The position numbers and the translations under genes are program-made. The notes below the pieces were generated by a model. It ran no database searches. It was not told the DNA's origin and saw only the letters and a list, made by a program, of their open reading frames with translations. A DNA stretch of 64,000 nucleotides from Eledone cirrhosa (Eukaryota). Positions within the stretch are counted from its first letter, which is position 1; every line of letters starts with the position of its first letter. Where the stretch lies: NCBI GenBank assembly GCA_964016885.1, contig OZ024748.1:26660001-26724000 (forward strand), in the 5' to 3' direction. Positions 50,036-63,907 of this stretch are shown here, piece by piece.

Positions 50036-50148
50036 CAAAGGAAGTGTGGTAAGGAACCAGGTGGACCATAACGCACCAGAGTACTCAATACTTAGGGTAG
50101 TAGAGTGGGTAATAGGAAAATGTTCAAGATCCCGACGGCAGAGCTCAA
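50033..50148 (-). mobile_element. Penelope-type terminal fragment, same family as 49268
   Basis: GTGGTAAGGAACCAGGTGGACCATAA..GTACTCAATACTTAGGGTAGTAGAGTGGGTAATAG. Confidence 0.75.
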
Positions 50149-50200
50149 TGATTTGTATGGATTTTACCCCCTTTTTTAACTATATATATATATCTAGAGA

Positions 50201-50248
<48 letters not shown>

Positions 50249-50389
50249 GAGAGAGATAGTTGAAATCTGACATAATGAAGTGGATTTAAATTTTGTCAAA
50301 TATTACTGGTTTCGACTGGTATGTTAATTTTATCAAATATTTTAAAAAGTTTGTTCACATATTCTGTGAGTAATTAGAACATATGTCCT

Positions 50390-51142
50390 ATGTCCTCCAC
50401 CCTATGATCCTCCATTCCCCTCACCGCTACGTAGACATCCAGACCCTCAAAAACAAATGGGATACCATCCAGTGCAACATGACCTCAGACGGGCTGTTGT
50501 GCCACCTCAACCAACACTATCTGGCATTTTTTCGCTTGGCCTCCCAACCCCACAGTGGTGCCTACCTAAATGTAGAACTATCACTTGCGACTGACACGCA
50601 GCTGGACAGCGACCTCTTGTGCATCAGTGTCTCCATAAGGCTCAGCCTCCTGGTCTGTGAGCCTCAAGAATGCTGCTGTGGTTCCACTGAGGACACTTTT
50701 GGTCTCCACTCACTGAGAGCTTGACCCCTCTCATGCCATGTTGCTCTCAACAAGATCATAAAGTATGACCTGAGGCGATGGATAAAGACTAAACAGCATG
50801 GCCATATTCCCGTTCTGTAGGGGTAGGACCCTCATCTAAGAAGCTACATGTTGTGACACCTCCTCTAGTGACAACCTGGTGTGTTCAGCTACCAGCCAGG
50901 CCAAGGAAGGCAAACTGTCAACGTATCGGCTGCTCTCTTATAGGATTGTGGTTCAGCCTGTGGCAGTGGAGACTTCAGGCATTCTTGGCCTCCAGGCCAC
51001 ATCCCTGCTCACTGCTATTGGAGCGGAGTTGACTGCCCACAGGTGTGAGCCCCCTGAGGTAGAGTGGCTATTCCAGTGTATCTCCCTCCCTGTCCTCCAG
51101 GGTAATGTCTTCTCCATCCTGTTGGCTGGGGCCACAAGGTAG
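50390..51142 (+). pseudogene. Decayed CRE-like non-LTR retrotransposon C-terminus (zinc knuckle and restriction-like endonuclease)
   Basis: QPHSGAYLN..SIRL..CCCG..DTFGLH.L and QPVAVETSGILG..LFQCISLPVLQGN; stops and frameshifts. Confidence 0.75.
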
Positions 51143-51349
51143 ATGACATATTAGGAGTAGGGTGGCAGTCTTCATACACTGATGTGTCTACAGGAAACCA
51201 ATAACACAGAGATACATACACATTAACCTACATACAACTTTCATTTATAGAATTTTAATATAGTAAGACATTTTTATCCTATTCACTGTTTATCATCACA
51301 TGTTTTGTAACATGTGTAAGATATGAAGTGTTTCATAGGTTTAAGGTAA

Positions 51350-51525
51350 TAATTGTTTCTACTATTGGCACAAGGCCAGCAATTATCCCAGTGCATTACT
51401 GGTACTTTATTTTATCGACCCCGTAAGGATGAAAGGCAAAGTTAACCTTGGCGGGATTTGAACTCAGACCATAAAGGGGCGTAACTCTATGCTGGAAAAC
51501 ATGGTGTCTGACACTCTGCTGCTGT
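51350..51525 (-). mobile_element. SINE family A
   Basis: Reverse complement of 12296-12484. Confidence 0.9.
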
Positions 51526-52075
51526 TATTATATACCTTAAATAGGAGCAGTGAGCTCCTATTTAAGGTAATAATAACAACAGCAGAGATTCCTTGATGAT
51601 GATAACAGTGAACAGCACAGTCTGTACTCTTAAAACATTCATTATTAAGTTGATGTTTGGAACATAACTTAACACATGGTCTTACATACAATTATGATGG
51701 CGGATATTTAGTTGAATATAAACACCTTAAATAAACAGCTCTGTGCTGTAAAACTAGAGACATTTTCAGCCAGTTTGGTATCAAAGGGGTTAATAGTCAT
51801 TTTAATTGTATAACTACCAACAACAGTAGTCTCACTATTGGAACTACACGAGGTACCTCTCTTTGACACCATTCTCCTCATTCAGCAACCTCACATATAG
51901 GTTTGGTACCTGTCATGTTTGGTATCTGTCACATGGACCTTTCTATATATATGTTTAGTAGTTGTCAGACTTTTGTATATACAGGTTTTTTCCATGCTTG
52001 CATAGGTTATGAAAAGCTATACATATATAGTAATAATAAATGTGAAGACTAAAATCCAAAGAGGACTCGATATGG

Positions 52076-52117
<42 letters not shown>

Positions 52118-52122
<5 letters not shown>

Positions 52123-52203
52123 TTAGAGCAAATATTTATTATAAGAACAGATTAAAGTTTAAGCAAAGAATTGCTGCTTTCACCCTTAACGTTAAGGGTG
52201 AAA

Positions 52204-52295
<92 letters not shown>

Positions 52296-52378
52296 TTAGA
52301 GCAAATATTTATTATAAGAACAGATTAAAGTTTAAGCAAAGAATTGCTGCTTTCACCCTTAACGTTAAGGGTGAAAAT
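52118..52378 (-). mobile_element. Tandemly duplicated Penelope-type fragment ending in fold-back TTTCACCCTTAAC-GTTAAGGGTGAAA
   Basis: Two identical ~88-bp copies separated by (TA)n; homologous to 3155-3205. Confidence 0.7.
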
Positions 52379-52500
52379 ATATACATATAGAACCTGATAA
52401 AGACCGCATTCTTTAATCTAAACCCATGCTAGCGTGGAAGATAGACATTAAACGATGATGATGATATATATATTCATTTTATTAAGGCTAAATAGTGAGT

Positions 52501-52548
52501 CTTGTTACTCTGGAGTTTTGCCTGTTTATCACAGGGTCATCAGACATC
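52501..52548 (-). ncRNA. Degenerate hammerhead motif, family of 26608
   Basis: Minus strand TGT-CTGATGA-ccctgtgataaacaggc-AAA-ACTC ca GAGT-A-ACA. Confidence 0.55.
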
Positions 52549-52659
52549 GGTATTGAGTACTCTTTTCTCTCAGCTGTCAACCACAAACGTGTGTATATAT
52601 ATATATATACACATACATATATATGATGATGATGATATATATATATATATATATATAAG

Positions 52660-52875
52660 GTTCGGATCTAGCTGTCGAAACGGCTGGAGCTCAGCCGTCG
52701 GGGGTCCTGACTCTTTTCCTATTACCCACTCTACTACCCGAAGTATTGAGTACTCCGGTGTGTTATGGTCCACCTGGTATCTTACCACACCCTCTTTGCT
52801 ATATAATGCGAAGAAATACCAATGATAACCAGCAGACTACTGATGATGGACATTCCTGTTTCTCGGTCTATTTTT
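52660..52875 (+). mobile_element. Penelope-type terminal fragment with hammerhead 3' half and a second broken core
   Basis: GAA-ACGGCTG gagct CAGCCGT-C-GGGGGTCC at 52677-52708; CTGATGA-tggacattcct at ~52840 lacking GAAA. Confidence 0.7.
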
Positions 52876-52894
52876 TTAATATATATATATATAT

Positions 52895-53385
<491 letters not shown>

Positions 53386-53670
53386 AATCATCATTCATCT
53401 TTCAAATACAAACTTAAAAGAACCAACACTGCTCTCTCAGAACTCATATGGTCCTTAAAAGACAAAAACATTAAATATACCATCTTTTGGAAGAAGGTTT
53501 CTTCCGCATCCTCATACTTGAACAGCTCTCTATCTAAAATCTGTAATCTCTGCCTAACTGAAAAATTTACCATTATCTCTAACCTAGATTCTATAATAAA
53601 TAGACGTACAGATTTGTTTTCTATCTGCCTGCATAAATTCCATAGAACTTTTCACAAAGTATACAGTTAA
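53386..53670 (+). pseudogene. Penelope-like GIY-YIG endonuclease C-terminal fragment (absent from the ORF track)
   Basis: Manual translation [55 protein letters not shown]..stop matches the PLE LSxxIWxLK..CxLCLxEK..NxRxxL..CxH pattern. Confidence 0.85.
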
Positions 53671-54686
53671 TATTCAATTCGTTATCAATTTAAAATCTTT
53701 TCTCAAAGGCACATATACATACACCTCTTTAAAATATACCCTTACTTTAAAGGGCATTATACACTCTATAATACTTGTTTACTCATTACCCTCATTCTAT
53801 CTTCACCTTGTAAAATCCTTCATAACATATACATTTGTTTTTTTGATGTTAGAATATTCATCCGCAATCATTATTATTTTTTCTCTCTATCATAAATCTT
53901 TTTAATCTCAATTTCATCCTTAATTTATTATTTTTTTCTCCCCATCAACAAACTCATTCTTAATACATATTAACTCTTTATTCGCATATATTATCAATTC
54001 CTTCAATATACAAACTTTAACTTCGCATTATTTTTCTCAAATCCTTCTACACACAAACCTTAATAATTTTTCTCTTCGTTAATTTTGAAATTGCCACAAT
54101 ACTTATCAACATACTCTTTTTTGACTTTAGAATATTCATCCACATTTATTATTTTTTCTCTCTATCTTCATACATAAATTCCCTTCGTTAATTTTCAAAT
54201 TCCTTTAATTTATACATTATCTTCCAACGGTTCTCAACCTCTCTATGTAAAACAATATATCTTTTTCTCAGTTATAAAAACTATCTCTTTCTCTCTATCA
54301 CCCATCTCTCCCTCTCCACCTTCACTCTCATCTCCTCCCCCTTTTTTCATCCTTTCCACCACCCCCTCCCTAAATAAAATATTTTTTCCTCGCACATATC
54401 CTCCCTTCGTTAATTTTCAAATTTTTTTTTAATTTATACATTATCTTCCAACGGTTTTCAACCTATGTAAAACAATATATCTCCTCTCAGTTATAAAAAC
54501 TATCTCTTTCTCTCTATCACCCATCTCTCCCTCTCATCTCCTCCCCTTTTTCATCCTTTCCACCCCCCCTCTCTAAATAAAATATTTTTTCCCAATATCA
54601 CACATCAATCTAAAACCACTTTTCATATGTTGATTTAAAACTGCACTATCCACAAGTGTTTTTTAGCCTTCATATCATGTTCTCCT

Positions 54687-54755
54687 GTTTTATCTGATGA
54701 AAACACAAATATTATTGCATGATGATATTTGTTTTTGAAATGCGCATAATAAAAT
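54687..54755 (+). ncRNA. Type I hammerhead ribozyme with palindromic stem III
   Basis: GTTTTAT-CTGATGA-aaacACAAATATtattgcatgatgATATTTGTtttt-GAA-ATGCGCAT-A-ATAAAAT; AUA site at 54748. Confidence 0.87.
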
Positions 54756-54786
54756 ACATGGAACTCTTTTAACCATCTTTTGTTCT

Positions 54787-54845
<59 letters not shown>

Positions 54846-54897
54846 TGTATTTTGTTAGAGATGCCTACTGGCTGTAGTAGGTTTTACTATGTATTTA

Positions 54898-55009
<112 letters not shown>

Positions 55010-55126
55010 TGGCCTGGATGGCGTGGCACCAACATAACTTTACATAGAACGGGGTGGTGTGGATGGGGTGGGGGTGGTGGGACGGGGTGTATTTTGTTAG
55101 AGATGCCTACTGGCTGTAGTAGGTTT

Positions 55127-55222
<96 letters not shown>

Positions 55223-55223
55223 T

Positions 55224-55549
55224 GGAGGCACATGGCTTAGTGGTTAGAGCATTGGCCTTGCAATCGAAAGGTTGTGAGTTCAATTCTCAGACTGGGTGAT
55301 GTGTTGTTTCCTTGAACAAGACACTTTATTTCAAATTGCTCCAGTTTACTCAGCTGTAGAAATGAGATGATAGGGACTGGGGTCCCTATCATTCCACTGC
55401 AAAGTGGTCGTGGAGGTGCCACGGCAAAAAAGCACCCACCACTCGCTGTAAATGAGGTTGGTGTTAGGAAGGGCATCCAGCTGTAGAAATCAAGCCAGCA
55501 TCAGGAAATCAAGCAGGGAAAAGTGGACGTAAAATGAAATGATGATGAT
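55224..55549 (+). mobile_element. SINE family B
   Basis: Complete head and tail; inverted relative to 52895-53232. Confidence 0.95.
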
Positions 55550-55799
55550 ATATATATAAATATATATGTATATACTCATAGATGTTAATACACAGTAATA
55601 CATACACACATAGCTATACACATGTCAATACAGAGGGGGGGGGGGGGGCTCATTGAAGTATAGTGGGGGTAAAAAGTTATAATTGTTAGTTTTCTAGCAA
55701 CTCATCCAGAAAGCAATACTGACATCTGTCCTTACATCCAATAGTTTTGTTTACAGGAAAAGGGGGAGGTCGAGAGAAACAGCATTACTGTTGTCATGC

Positions 55800-55812
55800 A
55801 TACACACACACC

Positions 55813-55846
<34 letters not shown>

Positions 55847-55993
55847 TATACATATATATACATATACATATATATATATATACATATACATATATATACA
55901 TATATATATATATACATATATATACATATATATACATATACATATATATATATATATACATATATATACATATATATACATATATATATATAC

Positions 55994-56044
<51 letters not shown>

Positions 56045-56045
56045 C

Positions 56046-56129
<84 letters not shown>

Positions 56130-56319
56130 TTGAACAGAACTTTGATTCATGTGATTTCTATATAAGTGCTCTGTAGAACAACTGATGTTATAACATTGAG
56201 CTATTTATCTTACTGGTAATAAGGTAGTAATAAATTACTGTCTTTCACTGTTTAAGGTTTAAAATATATATAACTATAAAAAGTTTTAGTATATACATAA
56301 CCATAAATAGTATCCTTAA

Positions 56320-56367
<48 letters not shown>

Positions 56368-56418
56368 GCAAAAGAAACCGAACTTACGTAAATAAATATA
56401 TATATATATATTATTTTG

Positions 56419-56449
<31 letters not shown>

Positions 56450-56503
56450 ATAATAATAATAATGAAATTATTGTGTAAATATATGTATGTATATATATAC
56501 GTA

Positions 56504-56598
<95 letters not shown>

Positions 56599-56885
56599 CA
56601 AAATAATGTGTATATATATATATATATACATATGTATATATATATACATATATATATATATAAAAATAATGTATATATATATATATATATATCAAAATAA
56701 AGTATATATATATATGTATATGTATATATCATCATCGTTTAACGTCCATCTTCCACGCTTGCATGGGTTTGGACGGTAAATATATGTATATATATACATA
56801 TATATGTATATATATATATGTATATGTATATAGATATATACACACACATATATATGTATATATATATGTATATGTATATACATAT

Positions 56886-56915
<30 letters not shown>
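55800..56915. repeat. Compound (TA)n/(TACA)n microsatellite block with small inserts
   Basis: Direct reading; source of many poly-YI ORFs. Confidence 0.95.
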
Positions 56916-56916
<1 letters not shown>

Positions 56917-57960
56917 AACACCAAGTCCTTTTCATGCTTCCCTCCTCCCTCTACCTCCACTCAACCAGATAAATGTACCTGCTAACACTAAGAAAGGGGA
57001 TCCTTCCACATGTACTCCCCCCCCCCTCACTCCACTCTATCCCATTCTCCCTCTAACTACTACTACTACTACTACTACTTCTACTGCAGATACCAGCACC
57101 ACCACCACCTCCACTACCAATACTACCGTTTTTAGGCAGTAAAGTGAAGTTTGAGGTCATTTAACTGCTATTTCAAGCATGTCGAAGGAATGCATATAGA
57201 AACAATGGCTCCTAACAATAACTATTGCTACTACTACTACTATTACTACCATTACTAGCATTACTACTACTATTATTGCTGTTGCTACTGCTACTACTAC
57301 TACTGCTGCTGCATGCATGATAAGGATGATGATGATGATGGTGAAGATCATAATGATGGTGGTGATGATGATGGTAGTGGTAATGATGATGTTGATGATT
57401 ATAGTAGTGGTGATGATGATGGTGATGATGATTATAGTAGTAGTAATGATGATGGTGATGATGATGATTATAGTAGTGGTGATGATAATGGTGGTGGTTG
57501 TGGCAGTGCTGATTATGTATATGTGTATACATGCATGAATGCCTGTCTTAAGTCATTTACTTGTGCGTGGTGTGTGTGTAAGTGTAAATGTGAAAGAGTG
57601 TGATTATATTAGTACAAGCAGCATGTCAATGTGTATGTGTGTTTATGTGTATGTTTATGTGTGTGTGTTTATGTGTGTGTATAGATAGACTTCCTTGATC
57701 CACACCACCACATGTGTAAGGTAATGTCATTAAACAGATTAAAGGTGATGGTGATAGTGGTGGTGGTAGTGGTGGTGGTGGTGGTGGATGTGGTAGTGGT
57801 GGTGGTGGTGGTTGTGGTGGTGATGGTAGTGGTGGTGGTTGTCGTAGTGGTGGTGGTGGTGTTGGTTGTGGTAGTGGTGGTGGTGGATGTGGTGGTGGTG
57901 GTGTTGGTTGTGATAGTGGTGGTTGTGGTGGTTGTGGTGGTGGCAATGGTGGTTATTAGG

Positions 57961-58146
57961 ATAATTGTTTCTACTTTTGGCACAAGGCCAGCAATTACCC
58001 AGAGCATTACTGGTACTTTATTTTATCGACCCCGTATGGATGAAAGGTAAAGTTAACCTCGACGGGATTTGAACTCAGACCGTAAAGGGACGTAACTATG
58101 CTGGAAAGCATGGCGTCCGACCCTCTACCGATACTGCCAATTCACC
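57961..58146 (-). mobile_element. SINE family A
   Basis: Reverse complement of 12296-12484. Confidence 0.92.
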
Positions 58147-58587
58147 TATGCCATGTGTGGTGTGATAATGAAGTGTCACCAAAAGATGAATTTGAAGGCA
58201 GCAATATTCCTGACTTCTCTCATTCACCCACTGTAAAGATACTGATGGTGATGTAAGGAATATAAAATCTGGTAAAATATACAAGAGAAATCTTGCAAGG
58301 GGAGAATATGACTACTTTGGAGCAGATAACATCTCTGGTTTATTCTCTAAACAATTTTATTTGCTTACACCAATCAATGTCTAATCCAGTGTCTATTTAA
58401 TGATTCTTCTATCCCCTCTTTGGCAAGTACAATAAAAGTTAGGCTTCACTGATTAGGACATGTTAAGACTGAAACATATCCACCACTTCCAAACAAAGGA
58501 TAATGGAATTTTAGTCTTCACTAATGAGGTTATGTTAGGCTGAAATATCCACCACGCCCAAAAAAAGAAAATAAGATGGTTATTTTA

Positions 58588-58627
58588 ATCGTCTGATGAA
58601 AGGTTTTTAATCCTGAAATATAAGGAC
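58588..58627 (+). ncRNA. Degenerate minimal hammerhead, with two further decayed cores at ~58449 and ~58521
   Basis: CTGATGA-a agg tttttaat cct-GAA-ATAT-A-AGGAC; stem I has mismatches. Confidence 0.45.
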
Positions 58628-58781
58628 AGATAAATAAACTACCATGTAACACAAACATCTTCATTACCTTCAGTTTTTTCAAAATTTACCATCCATTCTG
58701 CATTGCTCTAACCTTCAAATAATACTGTTATATCCATTGTGGTTATCCTTAGCTACTGGGGAAAAAAAATCGGACTTTTAC

Positions 58782-58926
58782 GATGCTATAAGGTGAAGTC
58801 CCTTAAAGATGGTAAAAAGAAGTTGCCATTGGCCGGTATCTGGGAGATATGAAGTTTCATTCCTCATAGCACCCAATTGCAACTTCTTTTTCTGCTTTAA
58901 GGGTCTTCACCCTATCTTATAGCGTC
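58782..58926. repeat. Imperfect ~145-bp palindrome (MITE-like)
   Basis: GATGCTATAAG..GTGAAG.CCCTTAAAG..AAAAAGAAGTTGC versus GCAACTTCTTTTT..CTTTAAGGG.CTTCAC..CTTATAGCGTC. Confidence 0.75.
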
Positions 58927-59020
58927 TTTGCACATGGGCACACCATTTTTATATTAATTTAAAATAATAATTTGTCATTAATTAATTTTGTTTTTGCCCT
59001 AAATGCATATTTATATCTAG

Positions 59021-59219
59021 TTTAACTCCTTTGATACCAAACCTGGCCATGGTCTGGTTATGTGAAACAGAAACCATCCATTTAAAATTTTCCAACATAA
59101 TTTTATATAAGAACCATATGTTAAGTTACTATCTCATTAATGAATAATTAATAATTTTAGTAAATCCCTTCATAAAAATAGTGTGTATTCTATTAGAAAT
59201 ATGCTAACAAATAGGTTAA
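59021..59219 (+). mobile_element. piggyBac-like MITE family B
   Basis: TTAACTCCTTTGATACCAAACC ... TTAGAAATATGCTAACAAATAGGTTAA. Confidence 0.65.
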
Positions 59220-59574
59220 CTGTATAATTTTCCCTGTATTAATTACAACACTTAATTTAACTTGTGAAAACAAACAGCTCAGGGTGAAAGCTGTTGAAAC
59301 ACCATTCAAACAACAAGAATTTTTTTTAAAAACATCTACTAATGATATATATATATATATATATATATATGTCTTTTTTTTTTTCTTGCTGAAAGGCATA
59401 CTAACTCTTGTTTCTTTGCCTAACTTCCACATTGAAAATACATGCTCCAGGGCTTGATGTGACATAACCTAAAAACGTATACAGTGAGAAAAATCTCTTG
59501 CTTGATATAAATATGTACACACATTTCCTCAAATACACATATATACATACATATGCATATACAATAAATATATA

Positions 59575-60620
59575 TCATCATCATCATCATCGTTTAACGT
59601 CCGTGTTCCACGCTTGCATGGGTTTGGACGGGGGTTTTCCCACTTGAGGCAAGAGTGATTGTCTTGCTCTCATAGGACTGTCTGGCAGGTTTTCTACAGC
59701 TGGATGCCCTTCCTAACACCAACCACATTTACAGTGTAGGGCTGGGAGGTTTTTATCGTGTTGTCTACACGGCCACATTACAGCGTGGACTGTCTGGCGG
59801 GTTTTCTACAGCTGGATGCCCTTCCTAACACCAACCACATTTACAGTGTGGGGCTGGGAGGTTTTTACCGTGTTGCCTACACGGCCACATTACAGCGTGG
59901 ACTGTGTTTTTTTTGTCGTGACACCTACACGATCTCACTTGTTTTGGCCTGGATGTTGTGGCACCAACATAACTTTACATTGAAAGGGGGGGTCGTGGGA
60001 CGGGGGTGTATTTTGTTAGAGATGCCTACTGACTGTAGTAGGTTTTACTTTGTACTTAGGTAAGGCGGGTCTTCTCTATTACTGAGTACCACCAAAGATC
60101 TCGGTCCAGTGACATTGTCTTGGAGAGGTGTAAGTGTGTGAGGTCGGAATTTATCAGCTCGTCCCAGGTTTTTCTGGGTCTGCCTACTCCGTAGCTACCG
60201 TCTATCTTTATTGCCCTGCACTTTGTTATACAGCTGTCGTCTTTCATGCGCATCACGTGTCCATACCAACGTAACCTTCTCTCGAGTAAACAACATCTGA
60301 TCCCTCTTATTTCTAATTTTTTCCTTAGTTCGCTTATGCTTTGCCGTTCACGTATATTACTATTACACATCCAGCGGAGCATGCAAGCTTCGTTCCTCTC
60401 TAGTCTGCATATATCCTCTGCACACAATGCCCAGGTCTCACTGCCATGCAACATTGCTGTTCGTATGCAGGCATCATACAACCTGCCTTTCATTTTTAGG
60501 GAGAACCCTTTAGTGGCTAATAGTGGTATAAGCTCTCTGAACTTTTTCCATCCAGTTCTGACTCTAGCTACTGTACTTTCAGAGCACCCCCCCCCCCCCC
60601 CGCTGATTTTGTCACCCAGA
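59575..60620 (-). mobile_element. RTE LINE 3' fragment with duplicated UTR segment
   Basis: YLGDKIS..CSESTVARVRTGWKKFREL..RLRWYGHV..GRPRKTWDE..KTRLT; ~108-bp tandem duplication in the UTR; (GAT)n tail. Confidence 0.95.
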
Positions 60621-60749
60621 TATATATATATATACTCACACAAATACACACATTATATACATTTTCACACACATACATATATATATATATATACACACGC
60701 ACATGCACACACATACATACATATACATATATATATATATATATATATA

Positions 60750-61118
60750 CATGGAGCCCCCAAAATGTATACTAGCTTTGATTACCTGTACAGGCAATGT
60801 TTATTAGAATATACAGCCTTTCCCCAAAATAAAATGATCTACAGATATAATTCAATTGTATGTAAACACTCAAAAATATTTACATAATTTAAATAATTGT
60901 TTCTACTTTTGGCACAAGACCAACAATTACCCAGTGCATTACTGGTACTTTATTTTATCGACCCCGTAAGGATGAAAGGCAAAGGCCGTAACTCTATGCG
61001 TCAAAGCATGGCGTCAGACCCTCTACCGATACTGCCAATCCACCACATATAAAACAGAATTTATTTTAATGCATCTTTTTTGCTGTTGATGTGTGTATAC
61101 ATTTTTGGGGACACCCTG
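60750..61118. mobile_element. Tc1/mariner-type MITE with nested SINE family A (60893-61045, minus)
   Basis: TA-CATGGAGCCCCCAAAATGTATAC ... GTATACATTTTTGGGGACACCCTG-TA. Confidence 0.75.
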
Positions 61119-61559
61119 TATATATACATATATATAATTACACGTAGAATTTATTAAACTCTTCTATAGATCATATACCATATATTCTCGAATGTAAGCA
61201 GAGGAATATGTGGCCAATACATCAATTGTGGAAGTTGTTTGGCTTATATTTTGATGATTTTCACCAACTTCAAATTCTATGTAAATAAGGTTTGATTTTT
61301 TACCACTTCTCAGACATAAAATAGTGGGGTTGGCATATATTTGTATCATATTGGGTGGGTTGTGATGGAAAGATCAGAGAGGAGGTAAGGAGGTGTATTG
61401 GGGGTGAACAAGGCTAGCTAACAAGGTGCAATGGTGAGGAAATCTAAGGTCTTTAAGAAAGGGTAATAGTTAAGGAGTGGTTCTGGAAGGGGCATGGATG
61501 GTGGGTGCAGTAGTGGTGAAGAGTGTTAGTGGGAGGGAAGTGGCTCAAGGATGGGTCAG

Positions 61560-62576
61560 GTCACACTGTATACTTCTGGCCAGGTCTTCATCACAGCACC
61601 AGCCCTCTTGATCAGTCATCTCAGTTGTGAGGTTTAGTTTCTTAAGGTTGCTTATCACTACCACATCACATGTCTTCATGTGTCTGCCCTTTCCTCAGGT
61701 TCCAGCCACTAGAAAAGCTCTGCTATCCTCTATATGTATCACATATCCATACCAGTGAAGTCTTCTCCCTTGCATATTACATCCAATTCCTCTTATGCCA
61801 AGTTTTCCCCTCAGTTCACTTACACTACATTGTTGATGCACACTAACATTACACATCCATCGGAGAATACTTGCTTCATTTCTCTCCAGCCTTCACAAGT
61901 ATTCTGCGGTTAAGGCCGATGTTTCACTGCCATGTAGCATTGCAGTTCACATGCAGGCATCGTACAGTCTACCCTTCACTCTCAGTGAGACGCCCTTCAT
62001 TGTCAGCAGAGGTATTAGTTCTCTAAACTTCTTCCAGCCTGTTCTGATCTTGGCTATCACACTTTCAGTGCATCTTCCTCCACTGCTTATTTCTCCTATG
62101 GATCTGCTGTGTACAAAGTCTACCTTTTCCGTTAATCTGCTGGCAATCCACCTACATCTCTTGTGCATCCATAGATTGCATAGTGTGCACCTTATAGAAT
62201 TTCTACCCATCCTTTTCTGATATATTGGACAAGGCCATTTCACTGATATCACCCTTTTGTTCTCTTTCCTACTTATTAGGACTTTTGTCTTTGCTAAGGT
62301 TAGTTTTAGGCCCTTCAACTCTAGGTTCTTCTTCCATGTTTGAAATTTTGTCCCTAACTCTCCTATGGATTCAGCTCGAAGGACTAGGTCATCAGCATAT
62401 AAGAGCTCCCACAGAATGCCAGTTTTAAATTCCTCAGTGATGGCCTGAAGAATAATGATAAACAGGAGTGGACTGAGGGCTGAGCCCTGATGGACGCCCA
62501 CCTGCACTTTAGATTCATCACTGTACTCGCTTCCAGCCCTCACCCAGGTGGTTGTTACTTTATACAAGCCATTCAT
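61560..62576 (-). mobile_element. Older RTE subfamily fragment (RT with YADD, PHD-like region, internal deletion)
   Basis: GVHQGSALSPLLF..ELLYADDL..KWPCPIY..CTLCNLWMHKRC..RTGWKKFREL. Confidence 0.92.
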
Positions 62577-62762
62577 CTATATAGTAGAGCGGCCACATTT
62601 ACACTGTAACAGCAACAAGAAAACTGGCACGATCAAGCTCAAAGTTTGATCATATGATCACAATAGTACTAACTATAAGCATACATAAGCAGAAGGCAAT
62701 GCGACAAACCTAAAGGTATGTTATGGCAAAAGTGTGGATAATTTTTGACTCACCCTCATATA

Positions 62763-63015
62763 TACGGTGGCTGCAAACTCGTTTTCGAGTACAGCCACTA
62801 CTTTATATCCATGTAGGAGAACCCCTATCGATGCGCTGAACGAGTGTGACTTTTTAGTCCAGCCAGCGACTTGAAAACTCTGGTACAAACACTACACTTG
62901 TGACAATTATTGACACATAGTGCTGGGCCCATGGTACCATGGGACGACAAGTGCAGAGAGATCTCCAGATACAAAGCAATGCCTGTGCCGTGAAGCTTTT
63001 ATAGTGAACAAAGGC
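62763..63015 (-). mobile_element. Non-autonomous retroelement 3' part (family of 38255 and 44520)
   Basis: GGTGGCTGCAAACTCGTTTTCGAGTAC.. matches 44520-44756 inverted. Confidence 0.75.
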
Positions 63016-63306
63016 ACTATATATATACTTACATACATACCCTCATATATATATGTACTTACCTACATACACAAATATGCATCTGTGTGTGTGTGTGTGT
63101 GTAACTTGCCATCATCATTTTACATGTATATATATGCAATTGGTTATTCAAGTGAGAGAAAAAAAGCAGTTGTTACATGTAGTAGAGTTTATTTATTCGT
63201 TTTTAAGTAACTTTCTGGCAAGTCTGAGTTCATTCATGCGCCTGAAAGAATGCATATATATGAGAAATATCTGAAGTAGGGACTGTGTGAATCATCTGCT
63301 TCAAAT

Positions 63307-63374
<68 letters not shown>

Positions 63375-63397
63375 GTATATATATATATATATGTATG

Positions 63398-63490
<93 letters not shown>

Positions 63491-63907
63491 ATTTACATAT
63501 ATATATATAGAGAGAGAGATACACTCATACATAGTGGGCTGGGTGCTTTTTGTTGTGGCACAAGTACATCCATCCATCTGACCGGGTGGACTGGGTGCTT
63601 TTTGTTGTGACACAAGTGTGACCACTTTACAGGGTGGACTGGGTGCTTTTTGGTATGACACAAGTATGACCACTTTACCTGGTGGATTGTCTTCTTTTTT
63701 TATCTAGGAACCACACACACATATACTGAAAAGCCTTCTGTGTGATGCTTTACCGACTTAATCTGAATCCTTCCTGAGCCAGTGAAGGAACCACTTTACA
63801 GTCACTCTTAACCTGCTAGAAACCACAGTTAAATACCCTCCCAAACCAAACCTGACTCTCTTTACCTAAGCAGGAGACATTAGATAATATGGTCTACTAG
63901 AGTTCAT

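Larger units (their letters stand above)
53386..54790 (+). mobile_element. Penelope-like element 3' end with ~1.1 kb UTR and terminal hammerhead
   Basis: GIY-YIG tail, G-poor UTR with a ~220-bp duplication, hammerhead near the end, (TA)n on both sides. Confidence 0.8.

Noticed and set aside
55732-56972. Many poly-YI/HT/CV ORFs here and elsewhere
   Set aside because: Translations of (TA)n and (CA)n repeats
60246-60887. 213-aa plus-strand ORF, and antisense ORFs at 47710-48828
   Set aside because: Antisense shadows of RTE coding sequence
61164-61349. 61-aa minus-strand ORF in non-repetitive sequence
   Set aside because: Short, with no motif or splice support
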